NCBI GenBank assembly: GCA_035285125.1
Contig: JAYKHR010000159.1
Span: forward strand, 23,733 to 47,732
Length of the DNA stretch: 24,000 nt
Reading direction: 5' to 3'
DNA from: Candidatus Sericytochromatia bacterium
GTDB taxonomy: Bacteria; Cyanobacteriota; Sericytochromatia; S15B-MN24; JAQBPE01
In this document: positions 15,279 to 23,053 of the stretch, one piece after another
Layout of the letters: every line of letters starts with the position of its first letter
How positions within the stretch are numbered: position 1 is the first letter of the stretch
Notes under the pieces: generated by a model
What the model was told of the DNA's origin: nothing
What the model saw: only the letters and a program-made list of their open reading frames with translations
The model's database searches: none
Position numbers and translations under genes: made by a program

Positions 15279-17945
15279 TTGTCCAGCGAGCATCTCCGAC
15301 CCCGGCCATCGGGCAACGAGCAGGTCCTCCGCGGGAGGCTGCTGTCGACCTTGGTGGTCGCAGCCGTGACGGCCAGCGCGTGTGCGCCGGCCTCCAGCCC
15401 CGCCCCCGTGGGCCCGTCTCGCGCTGGCGACGGGCCTCCAGCGGCTCCCGGGCGCCCTCCGAGGGACCTGATGCCCGGCGCCACGGGTGTGACGCCGAAC
15501 GGACCGCAGGTCCCGCTGGCGGCCCCGGGGCCGGCGCCCGTAACGCCGCCATCGGGCGTGACCACGGGCGCGCCCTCCCCGGCAACGGACCGCGACGAGG
15601 ATCTGGTAAGTCGGAGGCGGAGCGTGGCCCCCCTGGGCATCTACGGCCGTGTGACAGCCCCGTCCCGCCTGCTTTCGGACCAGGGCGGCGCCATCGTCAG
15701 CAACAACGGCGCCACCATCGTCAGCAACAACGGCGCCGGGGTGCTGTCGAACAGCGGCGGAAGGCTCATCAGCGACGCGGGGGGCTCCCTCCTCGGCAAG
15801 GTGAGGCTTTACAAGGCACCCCAGCCACGTTACGGCCTGCTCGCGCTGGAGCCTCACCGCGCGCTGACCCAGGCGTTCCTGTACCTGACGGATCCCGACG
15901 AGCGCTTCTACGTCGGCGCCGCAACGACGGTGGCGTCAGACGGCACCTTCCAGTTCCCGATGAACGTCCCGACGGGCCAGAACGTCATCGTGAACGCGCA
16001 ACTGAACGACAACCTGCGCATGACGGGCTACGTGCAGCCAGGCACCAGCGACGAGGTCAACATCAACCTCGGTTCCACGCTCGCCACAGAACTGCTCCGC
16101 GGCGAGGCCAGGCGGCGGGGCGAGAGCCTCGCCAGCTTCGCCCACGCGCTGTTCCGTGACCTCGCCAGGCAGACCCAGGCGCTCCTCGAGGCGGGGCTCA
16201 TCGCCTCCGTGCTGGTGGACCGCGACGAGTCCGAGCAGGACGTCCCCGTGGCCAGGTTCGACCTGCGCGCGGACCAGCGGCAAAACCTGCGGAACCAGTA
16301 CGTCGTGGCTCTCTCCGCAGCGGAACCGGCGAATGTAGCAATTCGAGCGCTCTCGGACGGATGGAAGACGCTGCTGGGAGAGCGCCCCAGCGCCGTGACC
16401 TCCGTGCTCGGCAACGGCGAGGCCCCACAGGTCGAAGCCACCGACTTCTTCGCGTTCGGGTTCGCCGAGGGCGACACGCGCGACGGCTCGGCACCTCGCC
16501 CCCTCAAGGTGCCGCTGGGCTACAACTACAGCGTCGCGTGCTCACCCGCGCAGAACACCTTCGGTGGCCACGACGTGTTCCTCGGGTGTGCCACCTCCGC
16601 GGGCAGCAGTGGCCACATCCGCTGGCTGCGCCTCGACGCGACGGGCGCCGTGCGCAAGGTCACCACCCTGTGGCTCCCGACCTACGCCGTGGGCCAACCC
16701 TTGGGAATCTGCCTCGAGAAGCCCCCCACGGGCAACGTGGCGGACCCGGGTGCGTTGCTGGTCGCGGACCCTGGCACCAACCGCGTGTACCGCATCTACC
16801 TGATCGACGAGGCCATCGAGAACGTCACGTACACTTTCGGCCAGCCAATCGATCACGACAAGGACCCTTCAACCCCGGACATCACCCCCAGCCTCGAGAC
16901 CGAGCGGCACCTGATGGAGGTCGTGGCGGGCGAGTCGGAGCCCAGCTACGCGGGGCACCCCGACCTCGGCTACCTCAGCGCCGACCACCCACTGGTGGTC
17001 GACAACGTGCCGTATGCTGGCCGGGACCCCGGCATCCCGGCACTCTCAGGCTTCCGGGCCGGCGACGAAGGGCCGCGCACCTATGGCAACAGCGGCGCCA
17101 TCAAGGGGCCGGCCCGCTACGCCCACCTGGATCAGCCGTGGGACGTCGAGGTCGATGAGCTGGGCAACGTCTACATCGCAGACAAGGGCAACCACCGCAT
17201 CCGGTTCATCCCCAAGGCCGATGGCAGCTACTTCGGTTACAAGGCCCCCCAAAGGGACGCCGACCAGGTGGTTACAAGCTTGGGCGCCCCAACCCCGATG
17301 GTGGCAGGCGCCATCTACACCATTGCAGGCAACCCTGCCTGGGACCCTTCCCGCGTGCCCTTCGGTGCCACCGGCTGGTTCGGAGAGTTCGACGGAGACG
17401 GCGGGCCAGGGCAGCTGGCGCGCTTCGACCAGCCCTTCTCGCTGGCCTGGAACAACGTCGACAAGTGCCTGTATATCGCCGACTTCGACAACCAGCGCGT
17501 GCGCCGGATCAGTCGGGCAGACGGCACCGTCTCCACCGTGGTCGGCAACCCGACGGGTCCCCAGCGCAACAACGCCCAGGGAGACTTCGACTACGCCCCC
17601 GCGGAGACCCTTCAGGACGCCGGGGACGCGGTGGTGCCCACCCAGGCCCGGCTCAGCTTCCCCCGCGGGCTGGCCTTCGACGCCACCTACCAGCGCCTGT
17701 ACATCGCGGACTCGGGCGCGGGCCTGGTCCGGATGCTCGGACCTGACGGCAAGCTCCACAACGTGGCCGGGCGCTTCCACGCCCCGGGCGTCAACGGCAC
17801 CGACAACGCCCGCGACGGCGACGCGAGGCACTGGGCCGACCTCTACGACACCGAGAAGATCGACGTCGACGCCAACGGCAACGTGTACCTTCAAGACTAC
17901 CGACACGGGCGCCTGCGGTCGCTCTGGCGGCAGTGGGAGCAATGA
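15279..17945 (+). CDS. Large exported NHL-like beta-propeller protein, class II paralog C (start uncertain)
   Basis: The listed ORF opens at 14904 but crosses the M14 gene start and the AT-rich promoter region. In-frame TTG 15279 gives MSSEHLRPRPSGNEQVLRGRLLSTLVVAAVTASAC (signal with Cys at 15381-15383). TTG 15351, after GGGAGG at 15333-15338, is an alternative. Contains a P/T/A-rich linker, the octapeptide repeat block and a beta-sandwich (FLYLTDPDERFYVGAATTVASDGTFQFPMNVPTGQNVIVNAQ). A helical region follows. Blades include LLVADPGTNRVYRIY, NVYIADKGNHRIRFI, CLYIADFDNQRVRRI, RLYIADSGAGLVRML and NVYLQDYRHGRLRSL. Confidence 0.78.
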   Translation: MSSEHLRPRPSGNEQVLRGRLLSTLVVAAVTASACAPASSPAPVGPSRAGDGPPAAPGRPPRDLMPGATGVTPNGPQVPLAAPGPAPVTPPSGVTTGAPSPATDRDEDLVSRRRSVAPLGIYGRVTAPSRLLSDQGGAIVSNNGATIVSNNGAGVLSNSGGRLISDAGGSLLGKVRLYKAPQPRYGLLALEPHRALTQAFLYLTDPDERFYVGAATTVASDGTFQFPMNVPTGQNVIVNAQLNDNLRMTGYVQPGTSDEVNINLGSTLATELLRGEARRRGESLASFAHALFRDLARQTQALLEAGLIASVLVDRDESEQDVPVARFDLRADQRQNLRNQYVVALSAAEPANVAIRALSDGWKTLLGERPSAVTSVLGNGEAPQVEATDFFAFGFAEGDTRDGSAPRPLKVPLGYNYSVACSPAQNTFGGHDVFLGCATSAGSSGHIRWLRLDATGAVRKVTTLWLPTYAVGQPLGICLEKPPTGNVADPGALLVADPGTNRVYRIYLIDEAIENVTYTFGQPIDHDKDPSTPDITPSLETERHLMEVVAGESEPSYAGHPDLGYLSADHPLVVDNVPYAGRDPGIPALSGFRAGDEGPRTYGNSGAIKGPARYAHLDQPWDVEVDELGNVYIADKGNHRIRFIPKADGSYFGYKAPQRDADQVVTSLGAPTPMVAGAIYTIAGNPAWDPSRVPFGATGWFGEFDGDGGPGQLARFDQPFSLAWNNVDKCLYIADFDNQRVRRISRADGTVSTVVGNPTGPQRNNAQGDFDYAPAETLQDAGDAVVPTQARLSFPRGLAFDATYQRLYIADSGAGLVRMLGPDGKLHNVAGRFHAPGVNGTDNARDGDARHWADLYDTEKIDVDANGNVYLQDYRHGRLRSLWRQWEQ
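15660..15803 (+). repeat. In-frame tandem octapeptide repeat (24-nt period, about 6 units) within paralog C
   Basis: Units are PSRLLSDQ / GGAIVSNN / GATIVSNN / GAGVLSNS / GGRLISDA / GGSLLGKV. At DNA level the 23-mer CCATCGTCAGCAACAACGGCGCC is perfectly repeated at 15691-15713 and 15715-15737. Confidence 0.85.
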
Positions 17946-20146
17946 CCATGGGACGAGTTGGACGCCTGTCCTCGGGCCTGGCCCTCGCGATGCTGACCGG
18001 TTGCGCCACCCCCGGCCCGGCCCCCGTGGGCCAGCAGGCCTGGCGGCCCGCGGCCAAGCGGCCCTTCCAGCCAGCAGGGCGCGACGCCTCCAGCGCCAGC
18101 GCGCAGCCTCCAGCGAACCTTCAGTCCCTCCCCCTGCAGCAGGCTCGCCAGTTCCGCTCGCTGAACGTCGCGCAGGATCTCACGGGCACGGCCTCCTTGC
18201 AACTGGTGGACGAGGCCTACTTCGGTGACAACGCGGCGCCGTTCAGGCTGCTGTCCGTGTCCAGGCCCCTGGGACGCGCGCTGGTGACCATCTCTAGCCT
18301 GGACGAGGCGCTCTACACGCGATCAGGGAGGGTCGTGCAAGCCTACACCGACGCCAGCGGCACCTACAGGGTTGCTGCCGGGGTGCCTGCCAGCGAGGCC
18401 TGCGTGGTGAACGTTACCTTTGCGGGCGGGCATCGCCTTGCCGCCATCGCCCCCGCTGGCGCAGGCCACCGCGACGTCGATGAGGTATCCACCCTGGTCG
18501 CCGAGATGGCACGCTGGCAGCTCAGGCCTGACGCCTCGGCCAACGGCCCCTCCGTGCAGGCCCTCACCACGGCCACGCTGATGAACTTGGAGGCCCTGAC
18601 GCGAGACATCGCCAGCTCGGTGCCGCTACCCGTGGCGGCTGGCCAGGTGCCAGCCATCGACTCCCTACAACTCGGGGCCGGCCACCCGCTTCGCAATGCC
18701 TATATGGAGGCCTTCGGCAGCCGCGTGTCAGCAGCCGGCACCAGCGTGGCCGACCAGCTCGCCGACGCCTGGCGGTCGGTGTTGGGGTTCCAGCCCCTGG
18801 CCCTGTCTCGCGTGGTGGGCGTGGGGATCCGGGGTTACAACCAGAGCGACGGCCAGCCCGCGCTGGAGGCCCAATTGGTGGCGCCAATGGCCGCGGCGAT
18901 GGACAGCTTCGGGCACGTGTACCTCTCGCAGTACGACGTCCAACTCGTGACGATGGTGCCGGGCACGGCGCTGGTGGGTCCCGTGTACGGCGAAGACCAG
19001 GGGACGCTGGACGCGGGCAAGCTGTACACCATCGGAGGCGTCGTGAACGGCCCCAAGGACCCCAACGCCTGGGAGGACCTGTTCCGGACCGTCGCTGCCG
19101 CCAGCTTGGGTGATGGGGTGCCGATGTTCGATGCAGACCCGACCGCGGCCCAGGGCTTCCCTCTGTACTCACCTCACAAGGTGGTGCTCGAGGAGGCCCC
19201 GACCGTCCAGCGCAGCCACGTCTACCTCACCCAACCCTTTTGCGGCAGGGTGATGCTGATGCCAGCCGAAAACATCCGTCACTTCGGGCGCAACGACCTC
19301 ACCCGCGATCCCTACCAACCCCGCCGCCTCTACGCCGTGGCGGGTCGCGGGGTGCCGTTGTCGCCGGCCGAGGCGGATGCCTGGGCGCCTGCAGCGGACG
19401 GGGAGCTCGCCACGGAGGCCGGCCTTTATTACCCGACGGGACTGGCCCGAGACTCTGCAGGCAACGTGTGGGTGCTGGACGCTGGCAACGGCCAGCCGGG
19501 CACGGGGGGATTGCTGGTGGTGGCCGAAGCCGACGGACGAATCTACCGCATCCCCCTGACCCGCGACGGCCAGCCATTCACCCCAGACGGTGCGCTGGAC
19601 GTCGTGCTGGCGCCCGGGGAAGGCCACCTCTACATCGCGGACACCGAGCGCCACTGGGTCTTCCGGCTGCCCAAGCCGACGGTCGGGCCACAGGGGACGC
19701 CGACAGCCATCGAGCGCGTCGCGGGCCGCCCGCCCGCCAACCCCGAGGCCTTCGTCTATGTCGGCACGCCAGGCTTCGTCGACGCCACGGCCAGGCCCTA
19801 CCCGAGCATCTATGACGTCAGCAGCGCGGAGCCAGACTTCACCGCCGAGCCCCCGACGCCGCAGGCCGTGACGACCCTGCTGAACCGGCCTGGCTCGCTG
19901 TGCTTCGATGCGACGGGAGACCTGCTGATCGCCGACACGGGCAATGGCCGGATCAAGCTGAAGCGGGGAGACGCCCTGTACACCATCGCCGGGGGGCTCG
20001 ACACCCGCTACCTGACGGGAGATGCCCGGCTCGCCTTCCTGCCCGCCACCGGTTACATGTCCCGCGACTCGGCTGGCAACGTCCTCGTGACAGACAGGCG
20101 CGAAGCCGTCGTGCGTCGGCTCCACACCGCGCGCGGAAGCCTCTGA
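17942..20146 (+). CDS. Large lipoprotein with degenerate NHL-like beta-propeller, class II paralog D
   Basis: ATG 17942 overlaps the stop of paralog C (ATGA at 17942-17945). Canonical lipoprotein signal MTMGRVGRLSSGLALAMLTGC. Beta-sandwich (ALVTISSLDEALYTRSGRVVQAYTDASGTYRVAAGVPASEACVVNVTF) and helical region are colinear with C. Blades include HVYLSQYDVQLVTMV, NVWVLDAGNGQPG, HLYIADTERHWVFRL, DLLIADTGNGRIKLK and NVLVTDRREAVVRRL. Confidence 0.8.
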   Translation: MTMGRVGRLSSGLALAMLTGCATPGPAPVGQQAWRPAAKRPFQPAGRDASSASAQPPANLQSLPLQQARQFRSLNVAQDLTGTASLQLVDEAYFGDNAAPFRLLSVSRPLGRALVTISSLDEALYTRSGRVVQAYTDASGTYRVAAGVPASEACVVNVTFAGGHRLAAIAPAGAGHRDVDEVSTLVAEMARWQLRPDASANGPSVQALTTATLMNLEALTRDIASSVPLPVAAGQVPAIDSLQLGAGHPLRNAYMEAFGSRVSAAGTSVADQLADAWRSVLGFQPLALSRVVGVGIRGYNQSDGQPALEAQLVAPMAAAMDSFGHVYLSQYDVQLVTMVPGTALVGPVYGEDQGTLDAGKLYTIGGVVNGPKDPNAWEDLFRTVAAASLGDGVPMFDADPTAAQGFPLYSPHKVVLEEAPTVQRSHVYLTQPFCGRVMLMPAENIRHFGRNDLTRDPYQPRRLYAVAGRGVPLSPAEADAWAPAADGELATEAGLYYPTGLARDSAGNVWVLDAGNGQPGTGGLLVVAEADGRIYRIPLTRDGQPFTPDGALDVVLAPGEGHLYIADTERHWVFRLPKPTVGPQGTPTAIERVAGRPPANPEAFVYVGTPGFVDATARPYPSIYDVSSAEPDFTAEPPTPQAVTTLLNRPGSLCFDATGDLLIADTGNGRIKLKRGDALYTIAGGLDTRYLTGDARLAFLPATGYMSRDSAGNVLVTDRREAVVRRLHTARGSL

Positions 20147-20394
20147 TCCGACCGCCGGCCGTTGCGATTTCCAGGCAAGGTTCCGGACCACAGGGCCGAC
20201 AAGGACCTCGGAGTTGGAGAGGCCCCTCAGCGTATAGGGGGCACCACCGCATCCCCCGCAGGGCAGAGACTGTCCGAGGGAGCGGCACGAGGTTCTGCGT
20301 GCCGTCAGGGTGGGCCCGCAAGGGGTTTACAACTGGCCTGAAGTGGTATGGAGAGCTTGGGGAGCCGTTGCACCCCGCAGGAAGGAGTCGGACG

Positions 20395-20589
20395 ATGCGC
20401 ATTCAAAAGACGGTCGAGCCCGCGCTGCAGCCCCCCGTGGCCAGGCCCGCCACTGACAAACCTGCGGCCAAGGCGCCCAGCTTCGACGCCGACACCTTCG
20501 TCCGCAGTGGCCGCAACCCGGATGGCGATGTCGGCGGCAACGGCAGCTACGGCACGGGTGCTCCCTCCACGGGCGCGCGCAGCCGCTGA
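20395..20589 (+). CDS. Small hypothetical protein (64 aa), no recognisable family
   Basis: GGAAGGAG at 20380-20387 is 7 nt before ATG 20395. 54 of 64 codons end in G/C by my count, matching the genome's coding bias. Sequence MRIQKTVEPALQPPVARPATDKPAAKAPSFDADTFVRSGRNPDGDVGGNGSYGTGAPSTGARSR. No signal peptide or TM segment; low-complexity P/A/G-rich. Confidence 0.5.
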   Translation: MRIQKTVEPALQPPVARPATDKPAAKAPSFDADTFVRSGRNPDGDVGGNGSYGTGAPSTGARSR

Positions 20590-20718
20590 GCGCGCCTCTG
20601 GCTTGGCCGTCGTCAAGGCTCAGGCAGCGGGCGGCGACCCGTTTATGGCCCCGTCGCTCGGGGAACAAATGCGGCAGTCGTGGCGTCCCATCAAGGACGT
20701 GACCGGAGGCCCGACCCC

Positions 20719-23034
20719 ATGCGGTGCAAGACGCGGCTTCCAGCCGCCCTCATAGGCTTACTCGTCGTCTTGATGGGCTGCAGCACGCCCCCCCCGACGG
20801 CAGCGCCCGATGAGCCCGTGCGCAAGCCCACCAAGCGCCCCTCCCCCGGCCCGTCGCCGTCGGCGGACGCCTCCAAGGCCCCTGGCGAAACGCCCGCCCC
20901 GGCGGGCTCACCGGGGTCGGGAGCATCCCCCACCGCGACCCAGACCCCCACGGCCTCGGGCACGCTGGTGGCCTCTGCGGATCCGGCCGCCACGGCGACC
21001 CTCCAGCCGCCGGCAGAGCTCAAGGTGCTGGACCTCAACGGCAACGCCGCCGTGGGAGTGACCGTGAGGTTCTACCCGGCTCAGGAAGGCGCCCCGGCAG
21101 CCTACAGGGCCCGCCGTCTGCTGGCGACGGTGCTCAACGAGACCACCACCAACCTGCAAGGGATCTTCACCACGGGGACGCTGGCAGACGCCAGCTACAA
21201 CGTGGAGGCTTTCAAGGACGCGACGACCAAGGCCTTCGCCTTCAACATCCCCGTCAAGCGGCAAAGCCTCAGCCTCCAACTCGCCGCCACCGGCAGCGTG
21301 TCAGGCACCATCAAGCGCCCGGGCGCAACGGACCACTCTGGCATCACGGTGCGCCTGCTGGGGACGCCGTACATCGGCTCCACCACCTCGGCAGGCACCT
21401 TCAAGCTCGAGGGCGTACCGCAGGGCACCTACCAACTCTATGGCGAGCGCGAAGGCAACACCTACACGCAGCGGGACGTGGTCATCGGCTCTGCGAAGGA
21501 CACGGCGCTGCCTGAGGCCCAGCTGTCCTCGCTCAATCCAGTGCTGACCTCCGTGACCCCCGCGAGCGGGGGCAAGGGCACCCAGGTGACGGTCAAGGGG
21601 CTGGGGTTTGCAGCCGGCAAGCCCCTCGGCGTCAAGTTCGGCACCTTTGCAGGCACGGCGACCAGGGTCGACGACACGACGCTGACGGTGACGGTGCCTC
21701 CCGTGGCTGGGACCAGCCTGGTGATCTCCGTGGATGGCCGGGACAGCAACGCCCTCACCTTCGCGCCCATCACGTCGCTGCTGATCACGAACCCGCCCTC
21801 GGAGGTCCGCCTCAACCAAACGGCCTCGCTGACGGTGCAGGCCTTCGACGACGAAACGCCCGTGCCGAACCCTGCCGTGACCTGGGATGCGGCCGGCGCC
21901 GTCACGGTCGATGCAAACGGCCTGGTGCGAGGGACCCAGGTGGGCACGGGCACCGTCCGGGTGCGCAGCGGTGAGGTCACCAGCCCAGAGGTCGCCATCC
22001 GGGTGCTGGGAGAGATTGCCGTGACCACGGTGGCCGGCAACGGGCAGAACGGCACCGTCGAGGGCCCCGCCACCACCGCTGGGTTCCGTGCGCCGGCCGG
22101 GCTGGCGTTCGAGCCAACATCCGGCGACCTCTACATCTCGGACTTCGAGGGCCAGCGCATCCGACGGCTGACCCAGGCCGGAGAGGTCTCGACCATCGCC
22201 GGCTCCGACACCCCGGGCCTGGCGGACGATGCCGGCGTGGCTGCCACGTTCAACTTCCCCATCCAGCTGAGCTTCGATCCAGTGGGCGGGCCGTCATTGC
22301 TCGTGTCGGACGTCATCAACCATCGCATCCGACGCGTCACGCTGGCAGGCCAGGTCTCCACGGTGTGCGGCAGCGGGCCCATCGGCATCGACCAGGACGG
22401 CAACGGGGGCGGGTTTGCCGACGGCGCCGCGAACGCGGCCCTGTTCCGCGCCATGCAGTCCGCCAGGCGCGCACCCGACGGCAGCATCTACATCTCCGAC
22501 ACCCTCAACAACCGCATCCGACGCCTGGACACCAGCGGCAACGTCACGACGGTGGCGGGCAGTGGCGACACCGGCAGTGATGACGGCGTGGGCACCGCCG
22601 CCTCGTTCAGCGGCGCCTGCGACCTCGCGATCGCCCCGGACGGCACCATCTACATTGCCGACACCAACAATGATCGCATCCGCAGGCTGGCGCCAGACGG
22701 CACGGTGACGACGGTCGCAGGGGGCGCCCAGGGGCGACGGGACGGCCAGGCCAACGAAGCGCAGTTCGCCAACCCCTTCGGGCTGGCCCTGAACCCGATG
22801 ACCAACAGGCTCTACGTCTCCGAGCTCGGCAACCACGCCATCCGCGAGATTGATCTCGGGGCCAACCCCATCGTGGTTCGCACGATATGCGGTGGCACGC
22901 AGGGCTTCGCGGACGGCAACCAGACCTCCGCCCAGCTGAACCAGCCGCACGGCCTCGCGCTGGACGGCAACGGCCGCCTCTACGTCGCAGACCTCGGCAA
23001 CAGGCGGATCCGGCGCATCACGCTGGACCGCTGA
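20719..23034 (+). CDS. Large exported NHL-repeat beta-propeller protein, class I paralog B (CarboxypepD_reg-like x2, IPT/TIG, Big_2-like, 6 NHL blades)
   Basis: ATG 20719 is preceded by GGAGG (20705-20709, 9-nt spacing). Signal MRCKTRLPAALIGLLVVLMGC. Has a roughly 75-aa P/T/S/A-rich linker. Colinear with paralog A through the beta-sandwich (GSVSGTIKRPG...TSAGTFKLEGVPQGTYQLYG) and TIG (NPVLTSVTPASGGKGTQVTVKGLGF...VKFGT...TVTVPP). Big_2-like (ITNPPSEVRLNQTASLTVQAFDD...VTWDA). Blades: LYISDFEGQRIRRL, LLVSDVINHRIRRV, IYISDTLNNRIRRL, IYIADTNNDRIRRL, LYVSELGNHAIREI, LYVADLGNRRIRRI. Confidence 0.88.
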   Translation: MRCKTRLPAALIGLLVVLMGCSTPPPTAAPDEPVRKPTKRPSPGPSPSADASKAPGETPAPAGSPGSGASPTATQTPTASGTLVASADPAATATLQPPAELKVLDLNGNAAVGVTVRFYPAQEGAPAAYRARRLLATVLNETTTNLQGIFTTGTLADASYNVEAFKDATTKAFAFNIPVKRQSLSLQLAATGSVSGTIKRPGATDHSGITVRLLGTPYIGSTTSAGTFKLEGVPQGTYQLYGEREGNTYTQRDVVIGSAKDTALPEAQLSSLNPVLTSVTPASGGKGTQVTVKGLGFAAGKPLGVKFGTFAGTATRVDDTTLTVTVPPVAGTSLVISVDGRDSNALTFAPITSLLITNPPSEVRLNQTASLTVQAFDDETPVPNPAVTWDAAGAVTVDANGLVRGTQVGTGTVRVRSGEVTSPEVAIRVLGEIAVTTVAGNGQNGTVEGPATTAGFRAPAGLAFEPTSGDLYISDFEGQRIRRLTQAGEVSTIAGSDTPGLADDAGVAATFNFPIQLSFDPVGGPSLLVSDVINHRIRRVTLAGQVSTVCGSGPIGIDQDGNGGGFADGAANAALFRAMQSARRAPDGSIYISDTLNNRIRRLDTSGNVTTVAGSGDTGSDDGVGTAASFSGACDLAIAPDGTIYIADTNNDRIRRLAPDGTVTTVAGGAQGRRDGQANEAQFANPFGLALNPMTNRLYVSELGNHAIREIDLGANPIVVRTICGGTQGFADGNQTSAQLNQPHGLALDGNGRLYVADLGNRRIRRITLDR

Positions 23035-23053
23035 CGGGCCAAGGGGCCGTCAG
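23031..23053. terminator. Hairpin spanning both stop codons of a convergent gene pair (candidate bidirectional terminator)
   Basis: CTGACGG (23031-23037) pairs with CCGTCAG (23047-23053), 7 bp; two further pairs are possible after one G-G mismatch. The TGA of paralog B (23032-23034) and the TCA/TGA of the minus-strand gene (23050-23052) lie in the two arms. No U tract. Confidence 0.35.

Noticed and set aside
20223-20257. Alternative pairings CCCCT/AGGGG(G)/CCCCC in the 248-nt spacer before the small ORF, and the GGCACG-aggttctg-CGTGCC hairpin at about 20284-20303, as a possible riboswitch or attenuator.
   Set aside because: Stems are only 5-6 bp of G/C, which is expected by chance at this base composition. 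There is no recognisable riboswitch core, leader peptide or U-tract terminator.
20326-20352. Promoter-like TTTACA-15 nt-TATGGA (with TGG just upstream of the -10) ahead of the small ORF.
   Set aside because: The spacer is short (15 nt) and the -10 matches TATAAT at only 3 of 6 positions. It is not distinguishable from background without transcription start data.
13804-20589. Analogy to eukaryotic peptide maturation: an M14 carboxypeptidase E-like trimming step plus the NHL-propeller peptidyl-hydroxyglycine lyase (PAL), with the small ORF as a precursor ending ...TGARSR.
   Set aside because: The small ORF has no signal peptide, while the enzymes are exported. Its C-terminus is not Gly followed by dibasic residues. 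The NHL blades here are the generic bacterial type, and I cannot show PAL catalytic His/Tyr/Arg geometry from sequence. This is attractive but unsupported.
20348-20755. 135-aa ORF overlapping the 64-aa small ORF in another frame.
   Set aside because: No SD precedes it. Third-position G/C is visibly lower than in the 20395-20589 frame. Its product is R/P/S/A-rich off-frame-like sequence, and it would run into the start of paralog B.
11325-23034. Paralogs A (minus) and B (plus) as inverted repeats bounding an invertible or mobile roughly 7-kb segment.
   Set aside because: Similarity is at protein level only. At DNA level I found only short shared strings (e.g. ATCCGACGC within the HRIRR-coding blades). 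There is no recombinase, integrase or transposase, no terminal repeats or target duplications, and no compositional break apart from the promoter island.
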